From NCBI GenBank assembly GCA_964522265.1, contig CAZFVS010000060.1:1-6326 (forward strand): DNA of 6,326 nt. The letters are read 5' to 3'. Position numbers and translations under genes: made by a program. Below, piece by piece: positions 1-6,326 of this stretch (position 1 is the first letter of the stretch; each line of letters starts with the position of its first letter). The notes below the pieces were generated by a model. The model had not been told where the DNA came from. It did not search any database and saw nothing but the letters and a program-made list of their open reading frames with translations. This DNA comes from an uncultured Gammaproteobacteria bacterium (GTDB lineage: Bacteria; Patescibacteriota; Microgenomatia; Daviesbacterales; UBA10151).

Positions 1-865
1 TTCCGTCAATATAATATTTATCATCCGCTCCTTTGGCTACATGCGCCGGGGTCATTACCTCAAAGTGCACATGTGGACCTGTTGAACAACCTGAATTCCC
101 AACAGAGGCTATCCTGTCTCCCCTGTTGACATCCCCAAGCTTCACACCTCTTCCCGCCAGCGCCCTGCTGATTGAATCCGTATCTGCCCGTAGTCTTGCT
201 ATCTCAGCCTGGAATTTTGCTTCACTGTTTTGGGTAATCCGCAAAAGGTCACCTTTGGCTTTTTTTTGGACCTCAAGTTGAGAAGAATAATTTTCCAGGT
301 CTTTTTTTAATTTCTCCTGTTTGGTCTGTTTAATCTTCTTCTCTTCCTTCTGATCGCTAAAAGAGGCTTTGGTTGCCTGAAGCTGGTACAAAACTTTTTT
401 ATCATTGGCCTGGGCAACTTGCAGATATTTAATCCTGGCGAGAAGATCCGTAAAACCATGCGAAGAAAAAATAAGGTCCAGAGTCGTGTAGTTTCCATAT
501 TTGTATGTATTGACAATCCTGCCAAGCAAAAGAGTTGCAATTGAATCAACCGTTGAGGAAAGCCTGGTAATTCTACCTTCCAACTCCTCTATTTCCTTGC
601 CTGTTTTGGTAATTAGGAATAGGGTTTCCTGAACCTTAAGCAGCGTTAGCTGTGTCTGCCCGTCAATATATTTGAGCTGGGAGCTTAGGGTCTTCTCCTG
701 TTCCTGAGCTTTTTGTAACTCCCCCTCAAGCTTCTGTATCTGCTCCTGTTTTTCCCGCAGCTGGCGGTCTAAATCATCCTCTGATTGAGCAAAACCCGGG
801 TTAGGTTTATGTAAGAAGATTAAAATCAGAAGCAAAATACAAAAGGTTTTGGTCGGAAATTTCAT
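1..865 (-). CDS. Coiled-coil peptidoglycan hydrolase with M23/LytM-type C-terminal signature (EnvC/PcsB/CwlO-like FtsEX partner). Partial: the C-terminus lies beyond the left window edge.
   Basis: Absent from the ORF track because it is open at the window edge. The minus-strand frame from ATG (865-863) stays open to base 2 (288 codons). It translates as MKFPTKTFCILLLILIFLHKPNPGFAQS (signal peptide or anchor). About 215 aa of Q/E/K/L-rich coiled-coil-like sequence follow (LREKQEQIQKLEGELQKAQEQEKTL ... LLGRIVNTYKYGNYTTLDLIFSSHGFTDLLARIKYLQVAQANDKKVL). Then comes VKLGDVNRGDRIASVGNSGCSTGPHVHFEV. Bases 59-100 encode GNSGCSTGPHVHFE, the classic HxH end of M23 domains. The start lies 3 nt after the ftsX stop. 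Confidence 0.85.
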   Translation of the reverse strand, partial: MKFPTKTFCILLLILIFLHKPNPGFAQSEDDLDRQLREKQEQIQKLEGELQKAQEQEKTLSSQLKYIDGQTQLTLLKVQETLFLITKTGKEIEELEGRITRLSSTVDSIATLLLGRIVNTYKYGNYTTLDLIFSSHGFTDLLARIKYLQVAQANDKKVLYQLQATKASFSDQKEEKKIKQTKQEKLKKDLENYSSQLEVQKKAKGDLLRITQNSEAKFQAEIARLRADTDSISRALAGRGVKLGDVNRGDRIASVGNSGCSTGPHVHFEVMTPAHVAKGADDKYYIDG

Positions 866-868
866 AAC

Positions 869-1738
869 TCATAACCTTAAGTAGCGCCGGACTGCTCCGT
901 ATGAACCAAGACCGCCAATAAGCACGCCTAACAGAAGAGAGGCAAGAAGAAGAACCACCATAAAAATCCAGGAAACCGGCAAAAGTTTTACTTCACCTAA
1001 TGCTTCTTGCATGAAAGGAGTAAAATACCAGATTGTTGTATAACTGATAATCCATGCCAAAAAAGCACCTGCTACTCCATACACAACCCCTTCAAGGATG
1101 AAAGGTGCCCTGATAAACCAACCTGAAGCCCCCAAAAGTTTCATTGTTTCAATCTCGCCTCGTTTTAATCTGATCTTAAAACCGATTACCATGAGAATTA
1201 CTAAGAATGCAAAAACCACCAGAAACGATACAGCCACCAAACCCACGACTCGAACAACTGAAGTAGCTTTTGTAAGCGCCGCAACTACATCTTCAGGGTA
1301 AACAACCTCCTCAACTACCGGCTCTTTCTTTAAAATGTCTGCCAGTTTTGCAAGATCTTTAGGCGAAGCGGTTGAAATCTCCAGGGATGAAGGCAGGATA
1401 TTGGCTGTTACAAGCTCGAGTAAAGTCGGGGTTTTTTTATTTCTTTCCTGATAAATCTTCAATGCATCCTCTTTTGAAACATATTTTAAAGAGACTACCA
1501 TACCGGATTGATTTAGCGCATCTTCGATAGTTTTAACATCAGCCTCGGAGACGTTGTCTTTAAAAAATGCTATGGCTTGAGGTTTGCTCTCGTAAAATTG
1601 CAGGATTTTTTGCGAACCCACTGCCACTATCAGAAACAGGAGCAATGTTAAAAAAGTCAAAAACATCACCATTGATGCAGCCATTGCCTGGTATGGAGTT
1701 CTCTGGATATTTCTTTTAACTAAATTCCCAATCTTCAT
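869..1738 (-). CDS. ftsX: Cell division permease-like protein FtsX
   Basis: 289-aa ORF with FtsX topology. TM1 is MAASMVMFLTFLTLLLFLIVAV. A roughly 110-aa extracytoplasmic domain follows (AIAFFKDNVSEADVKTIEDALNQ...VSKEDALKIYQE). Three C-terminal TM helices carry the FtsX-type KLLGASGWFIRAPFILEG segment. It sits 26 nt downstream of ftsE. Confidence 0.9.
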   Translation of the reverse strand: MKIGNLVKRNIQRTPYQAMAASMVMFLTFLTLLLFLIVAVGSQKILQFYESKPQAIAFFKDNVSEADVKTIEDALNQSGMVVSLKYVSKEDALKIYQERNKKTPTLLELVTANILPSSLEISTASPKDLAKLADILKKEPVVEEVVYPEDVVAALTKATSVVRVVGLVAVSFLVVFAFLVILMVIGFKIRLKRGEIETMKLLGASGWFIRAPFILEGVVYGVAGAFLAWIISYTTIWYFTPFMQEALGEVKLLPVSWIFMVVLLLASLLLGVLIGGLGSYGAVRRYLRL

Positions 1739-1739
1739 C

Positions 1740-1761
1740 TTGTTAATTGTTAATTGTTAAT
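1740..1761. repeat. Perfect 3x tandem heptamer (TTGTTAA on plus, TTAACAA on minus) filling the ftsE-ftsX spacer
   Basis: The plus strand at 1740-1760 is TTGTTAA repeated exactly three times, followed by a T run up to the ftsE stop. The minus-strand spacer reads TAA AAAATTAACAATTAACAATTAACAAG ATG. Confidence 0.9.
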
Positions 1762-1764
1762 TTT

Positions 1765-2451
1765 TTAGTGTATCTCATATCTTCCCTCTTTTCTGTCTTT
1801 TGAAACCCTGCCGTTTTTTAGTGAAACCACCCTCCTTTTTAAGGTGTTTACAATTTCTGCATTGTGTGTGGCCATAATAACTGTCGTACCCCAAGAGTTT
1901 ATCTCATTTAAAAGTTGTATCACCCCCCAGGAAGTCTGCGGATCTAAATCACCTGTTGGCTCATCTGCTAAAAGAAGATCCGGTTTGCCGATCATCGCCC
2001 TGGCGATAACAGTCCTTTGCGCTTCCCCCCCTGAAAGCTGTGTTGGAAAAAGATTCCTCCGCTCCCAGATCTCAAATAATTTCAAAATCCTTTCAACCTC
2101 TTTTCTAATCTCCCCTTCCTCAAAATTTCTGACCTCCAAGGCCAGAGCAACCTGTTCAAACACAGTCCGATCATCTAGCAGCTTAAAATCCTGGAATACA
2201 AATCCTATCTTACGTCTGTATATTGGTATATCTCTGGCTTTAATTTTACTGATATCTTTCCCGTCAACTATAATCTTACCTGTTGTTGGAGAATACTCTT
2301 TAGTAAGGAGTCTAAGCAATGTTGATTTACCCGCCCCTGACGGACCCACTATAAAAACAAACTCCCCGCCGGAAACTTCCAAATTTATATCTTCCAGGGC
2401 AACAATATTTAAACCAAACTTTTTACTGACATTTTCAAATTTTATTGACAT
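1765..2451 (-). CDS. ftsE: Cell division ABC ATPase FtsE
   Basis: 228-aa ORF with Walker A GPSGAGKST, Q-loop, ABC signature LSGGEAQR, Walker B LLLADEPTGDLD and H-loop ATHN. Its size and its position directly upstream of ftsX are typical of FtsE. Confidence 0.93.
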   Translation of the reverse strand: MSIKFENVSKKFGLNIVALEDINLEVSGGEFVFIVGPSGAGKSTLLRLLTKEYSPTTGKIIVDGKDISKIKARDIPIYRRKIGFVFQDFKLLDDRTVFEQVALALEVRNFEEGEIRKEVERILKLFEIWERRNLFPTQLSGGEAQRTVIARAMIGKPDLLLADEPTGDLDPQTSWGVIQLLNEINSWGTTVIMATHNAEIVNTLKRRVVSLKNGRVSKDRKEGRYEIH

Positions 2452-2500
2452 AAAGGAAATTCAAAAAAGCAAAAGTCAAAATTACAAATTATAATTATTT

Positions 2501-2962
2501 TCACTTTTTTTCTTCTACCTTCCCTACATCCATCAGCCACCCTTCTTTAATGGCTCTTTGGGTCTCCCCGTAAACTTTAACAAACTTGCCTTCGTATTGG
2601 GAGAGATCCACCACCGACGATGTCAGTGCCACAGGAACCGCCTTTTCCCTGATTAGAAAATGTGTCCCTTCACTGTATTCCTGTTGATTTTTCGGCTCCG
2701 GTTTCTTCTCAATCTTCCCTTCAGCAAAATCTTTAAAAGTTTGGCTGTCCATTTGTGCGGTCTTGGCCGTACTAACCCCACTGGTAGGTGAAACCTTAAC
2801 AGCTTTCTTACTGCTTCCTTGGGCAAACAAAAATCCGGTGCCAATGCCTAAAAGCAGTGCCACAATTAATATTATTCCATACAGTTTCATACCAGCACCG
2901 GGAAATTGTAGTTTTTGGACTATGGAATGATCACCCAAAGGGGAAATCTGCACATCTTTCAT
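2501..2962 (-). CDS. Hypothetical bitopic membrane protein (N-terminal TM anchor, about 100-aa extracytoplasmic domain). Function unknown.
   Basis: 153-aa ORF with a single hydrophobic helix, LYGIILIVALLLGIGTGFLFA. A charged linker and a C-terminal domain follow (GTHFLIREKAVPVALTSSVVDLSQYEGKFVKVYGETQRAIKEGWLMDVGKVEEKK). I recognise no family. An alternative start is the ATG at 2890-2888 (MKLYGIILIV..., 129 aa), which gives a more conventional N-terminus. It is co-oriented with ftsE and 49 nt upstream of it. Confidence 0.6.
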   Translation of the reverse strand: MKDVQISPLGDHSIVQKLQFPGAGMKLYGIILIVALLLGIGTGFLFAQGSSKKAVKVSPTSGVSTAKTAQMDSQTFKDFAEGKIEKKPEPKNQQEYSEGTHFLIREKAVPVALTSSVVDLSQYEGKFVKVYGETQRAIKEGWLMDVGKVEEKK

Positions 2963-2971
2963 GCTTTAATC

Positions 2972-3000
2972 ATTGTAACATATTTGACATCCAGTATAAA
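2972..3000 (-). promoter_or_regulatory. Candidate promoter for the minus-strand hypothetical-ftsEX cluster (extended -10 type)
   Basis: The minus strand reads TTTATA (3000-2995), a 17-nt spacer, then TGtTACAAT, with TG at 2980-2979 and TACAAT at 2977-2972. The -10 box ends 9 nt before the ATG at 2962. Confidence 0.3.
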
Positions 3001-3011
3001 AATGGTAGGAT
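2984..3011 (+). promoter_or_regulatory. Candidate promoter for the surface-protein gene (extended -10 type)
   Basis: TTGACA (2984-2989), a 16-nt spacer, then TGgTAGGAT, with TG at 3003-3004 and TAGGAT at 3006-3011. The -10 box keeps positions T1, A2, A5 and T6. The ATG lies 27 nt downstream. Confidence 0.35.
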
Positions 3012-3037
3012 AGCGAGAACTGCCCTCATACTTTTAT

Positions 3038-4147
3038 ATGAGATTAGGTTTGGTATTGGCAGTTTTTACAGCTTTATTTTTATTCCCTCATTCTGTTTTG
3101 GCAATATCAGCTCCGGTGCTGATCAACCCATCAGACACAACCTCTATTAATGTTCCCATATTAAACTGGCAGGCTCCAAGCTATCCCTTATTCCCCACCA
3201 ATCCTTACAGGATTCAGGTTGATGATGACTCATCCTTCATCTCCCCTTACAGAGATTATTATACTTCCAGCACCTCTTATGCCCCAAATCTGGCTGACGG
3301 GCTCTGGTATTGGAGGGTAAGAGCAAGGGACAGTAGCGGAACCACTAGTGATTGGAGCAGTACCTGGTCTTTTACCCTGTCTCCACCTACCCCTACCCCC
3401 ACACCTACCCCACAATCCACAGCTATGCCTGTTCCCTCATCATCATCCAATCCATCTTCAACTTTTAATATCTCGACAGATGCCTCATCCATCAATTCAG
3501 ATGATATACTGACTGTTGCTGCCACCACCACAGGTCTTGACCCCAATACCAGATATTATTTAAAAGGAGCATTTATTAAACCCGGTTCTTCAAACTACTT
3601 TGGAAAAACTTTAGTATCAGGAAATTGGGTTAAAAATTCTCAAACTTACTCTTCACAATTTCCCATGAATACAGATTCAGCAGGCGTCTGGAACGGCAGC
3701 ATCCAGGTTATGCCTGACCCGGAGGACAGTGGTTTTACAGGCAGCGGGTCATATATTTTTAAGTTAGGCAGATACTCCGCGAGCGGTTCAGGTCCTGTAT
3801 GGAGCAATGAGGTGAATATCAATATAACCGGTAATCATATAGCTGAACCCACAAGTTCACCTAAACCAAGCTCTATCAACTCCAAAATCTCCCCTTCCTC
3901 GAATCCTGTAAAATCCAGCATCAGCCCAAAATTTAACTACCCGAACATCGCCAGCATCGCCGGAGTCTCCACGGATTCGTCCACACCTGCGCTTGTAAAA
4001 TCTGACATAGAGCAAACCTTAAATAAACCTAAGGTTAACATCTGGCTTTTAGGAGCGGGTTTAATTGTTTTTGTTTCCGGCGCAGGTGTACTTTTTTACC
4101 CCAAGCTAAAACATAAAATGCCTTTTAGATTGCAGAAAACAACTTAG
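3038..4147 (+). CDS. Cell-surface protein: signal peptide, FN3-like domain, PT linker, unassigned beta-rich domain, S/P-rich stalk, C-terminal TM anchor
   Basis: 369-aa ORF. The signal peptide is MRLGLVLAVFTALFLFPHSVLA|ISAP. The N-terminal domain ends in GLWYWRVRARDSSGTTSDWSSTWSFTL, a pattern typical of bacterial FN3/Ig-like modules. The linker PPTPTPTPTP is encoded at 3383-3412. The middle domain is G/S/N/Y-rich (YYLKGAFIKPGSSNYFGKT...YIFKLGRYSASGSGPVWSNEV). The Ser/Pro stalk reads SSPKPSSINSKISPSSNPVKSSISPK. The C-terminal helix IWLLGAGLIVFVSGAGVLFY (4040-4099) is followed by the basic tail PKLKHKMPFRLQKTT. Confidence 0.75.
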   Translation: MRLGLVLAVFTALFLFPHSVLAISAPVLINPSDTTSINVPILNWQAPSYPLFPTNPYRIQVDDDSSFISPYRDYYTSSTSYAPNLADGLWYWRVRARDSSGTTSDWSSTWSFTLSPPTPTPTPTPQSTAMPVPSSSSNPSSTFNISTDASSINSDDILTVAATTTGLDPNTRYYLKGAFIKPGSSNYFGKTLVSGNWVKNSQTYSSQFPMNTDSAGVWNGSIQVMPDPEDSGFTGSGSYIFKLGRYSASGSGPVWSNEVNINITGNHIAEPTSSPKPSSINSKISPSSNPVKSSISPKFNYPNIASIAGVSTDSSTPALVKSDIEQTLNKPKVNIWLLGAGLIVFVSGAGVLFYPKLKHKMPFRLQKTT

Positions 4148-4158
4148 CGTAGTATACT
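4130..4158 (+). promoter_or_regulatory. Candidate promoter for tsaE-dgkA
   Basis: TTGCAG (4130-4135), a 17-nt spacer, then TATACT (4153-4158). The -35 box lies inside the end of the upstream CDS. The ATG at 4181 lies 23 nt after the -10 box. The match is only moderate. Confidence 0.3.
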
Positions 4159-4180
4159 ATAAGGTAATTCCCGCTTTAAT

Positions 4181-4609
4181 ATGGTTTACCTAAGCAACTC
4201 TGCATATCAAACTCAAAAAATCGCCCGAGATCTGGCTAAAAAATATAAACTTAAGGGCGGTATCTTGGCCTTAATCGGAGATTTAGGTTCAGGTAAAACT
4301 ACTTTTGCCCAGGGGTTTGCCAAAGGATTGGGCATTAAAGAAAAAATCATCTCCCCTACTTTTGTATTAATCAGGCAACATAAAATCCCCAAACCTCAAC
4401 GTACTTTTTATCATATAGACCTATACCGGCTTGATATCATTGAAGATATCAAAAGTATCGGAATCAAGGAGATTTTAGAAGACAAAGACAATTTAATCCT
4501 AATCGAATGGGCGGAAAAAATTGAGAAACTGTTGCCGGATTCTACTTTGAGGATAACTTTTGAAAAGAGTTCCGAAACAGGGAGGAAAATCTGGTATACT
4601 GGAGATTGA
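4181..4609 (+). CDS. tsaE: tRNA threonylcarbamoyladenosine (t6A) biosynthesis ATPase TsaE (YjeE family)
   Basis: 142-aa ORF with the family hallmarks in order: P-loop GDLGSGKTTFAQGFAKGLGI, SPTFVLI, YHIDLYRL and LILIEWAEK. The size is typical of TsaE. Confidence 0.9.
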   Translation: MVYLSNSAYQTQKIARDLAKKYKLKGGILALIGDLGSGKTTFAQGFAKGLGIKEKIISPTFVLIRQHKIPKPQRTFYHIDLYRLDIIEDIKSIGIKEILEDKDNLILIEWAEKIEKLLPDSTLRITFEKSSETGRKIWYTGD

Positions 4610-4610
4610 A

Positions 4611-4973
4611 ATGGCAAAAAGGGACATACTTTCATTCAAATATGCCATAAACGGCATCTGGACAGCCTTTAAAGATGAACCACATTTAAAATTCCATTTT
4701 TCCGTAGCTTTTGCGGTAGTGATCCTTAGTATCATGTTAAAACTGACCAGAGAAGATTGGGCAATTATTGTTTTGACAATAGGAATGGTCATTGGGCTTG
4801 AACTTACCAACACCGCCATTGAGGAGATTGTTAACTCTTTCACCCCGGACACTCACCCCGCTGCCAAAAAAGCCAAGGATGTGGCAGCAGGTGCAGTTTT
4901 AATAGCCTCTGTAACAGCAGTTATCATAGGTATACTTATTTTCTTACCCTACTTTTTACGCTTAACTCTTTAA
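4611..4973 (+). CDS. dgkA: DgkA-family lipid kinase (diacylglycerol kinase / undecaprenol kinase)
   Basis: The track ORF (4560..4973) begins at a TTG inside tsaE. The ATG at 4611 is preceded by GGAG (4601-4604, 6-nt spacer) and lies 1 nt after the tsaE stop, giving 120 aa, the normal DgkA length. The sequence is three-TM DgkA-like (FKYAINGIWTAFKDEPHLKFH ... GLELTNTAIEEIVN ... HPAAKKAKDVAAGAVL). Substrate (DAG or undecaprenol) cannot be decided from sequence. Confidence 0.88.
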   Translation: MAKRDILSFKYAINGIWTAFKDEPHLKFHFSVAFAVVILSIMLKLTREDWAIIVLTIGMVIGLELTNTAIEEIVNSFTPDTHPAAKKAKDVAAGAVLIASVTAVIIGILIFLPYFLRLTL

Positions 4974-4977
4974 CCCC

Positions 4978-5006
4978 TTGACATTTTATAATTTATAACC
5001 TATAAT
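4978..5006 (+). promoter_or_regulatory. Consensus sigma70-type promoter for the metalloprotease gene
   Basis: TTGACA (4978-4983), an exact 17-nt AT-rich spacer (ttttataatttataacc), then TATAAT (5001-5006). It begins 5 nt after the dgkA stop, and the ATG at 5060 lies 54 nt after the -10 box. Confidence 0.6.
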
Positions 5007-5059
5007 AATTTTACTTACTTGCCGAATAATTTGGCACATAGTAATATATTAAAATCTAA

Positions 5060-6326
<1,267 letters not shown>

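Noticed and set aside
33-281. 82-aa plus-strand ORF
   Set aside because: It lies fully antisense to the M23-signature region of the minus-strand hydrolase gene. Its translation is low-complexity with no motif, so it is a shadow ORF.
307-549. 80-aa minus-strand ORF
   Set aside because: It is an out-of-frame ORF nested inside the coiled-coil hydrolase CDS. The long frame open from 865 to the window edge has clear homology-like features, and this one has none.
1098-1301. 67-aa plus-strand ORF
   Set aside because: It is antisense to ftsX, with no start context or recognisable motifs.
1844-2494. 216-aa plus-strand ORF, strikingly long
   Set aside because: It mirrors ftsE on the opposite strand. 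Its S/I/L/K-rich translation has no motifs, whereas the ftsE frame carries a complete ABC ATPase motif set. It is a typical antisense shadow of an AT-rich gene.
2452-2500. Possible internal promoter or terminator between the bitopic-protein gene and ftsE
   Set aside because: A TATAAT is present on the minus strand (2493-2488), but the best -35 candidate matches only 3 of 6 positions. There is no hairpin plus T-run. This is too weak to call as a feature, so it is mentioned only as a caveat on operon structure.
2653-2844. 63-aa minus-strand ORF
   Set aside because: It is nested out of frame within the 153-aa membrane-protein ORF. Its R/K-rich translation is typical of an off-frame reading.
2857-3150. 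97-aa plus-strand ORF spanning the divergent intergenic region
   Set aside because: It overlaps the start of the minus-strand gene in antisense, covers both candidate promoters, and runs out of frame into the surface-protein gene. It is not credible as a gene.
3230-3546. Two minus-strand ORFs (61 and 89 aa), G/R/V-rich
   Set aside because: They are antisense readings of the PT-linker and Ser-rich region of the surface-protein gene, and their composition is an artefact of the CCn/ACn repeats.
3950-4147. Search for a sortase (LPXTG-like) or PEP-CTERM sorting signal before the C-terminal helix of the surface protein
   Set aside because: No such motif is present. The sequence before the helix is IEQTLNKPKVN, so I call it a plain C-terminal TM anchor.
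4560-4610. TTG-initiated 17-codon N-terminal extension of dgkA overlapping tsaE
   Set aside because: The ATG at 4611 has a GGAG SD at proper spacing and gives the canonical 120-aa DgkA length. The extension (KRVPKQGGKSGILEIE) is just the tsaE 3' end read in another frame.
4411-4852. Two minus-strand ORFs (74 and 117 aa)
   Set aside because: They are antisense to tsaE and dgkA, both of which have strong family signatures. These ORFs have no motifs.

Overview
AT-rich bacterial chromosomal segment that reads cleanly in the standard code: TGA, TAA and TAG all terminate long ORFs, and none needs an in-frame TGA. I support nine protein-coding genes. I found no tRNA or rRNA genes, mobile elements or CRISPR arrays. 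The left half (minus strand) holds a tightly packed cell-division and cell-wall cluster: small bitopic membrane protein -> ftsE -> ftsX -> coiled-coil M23/LytM-type peptidoglycan hydrolase. The hydrolase runs off the left edge and is missing from the ORF track. A 75-nt divergent control region separates this cluster from a plus-strand surface protein with a signal peptide, FN3-like domain, PT linker, unassigned beta-rich domain, S/P-rich stalk and C-terminal TM anchor. Next come a tsaE-dgkA pair and a secreted metzincin-like protease behind a textbook TTGACA-N17-TATAAT promoter. The 3' part of rsmH converges on the protease and runs off the right edge. I do not see a recognisable defence, toxin or mobile system, and most of the window is housekeeping. 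Three points stand out. (1) The protease carries QEVGHILGLNH where metzincins have HExxHxxGxxH. (2) The FtsEX-linked hydrolase shows the C-terminal HxH signature of M23 directly after its coiled coil, with no HxxxD half upstream. (3) Two uncharacterised envelope proteins flank the divergent promoter region. A Patescibacteria/CPR-like origin is a low-confidence inference from gene content and style only.
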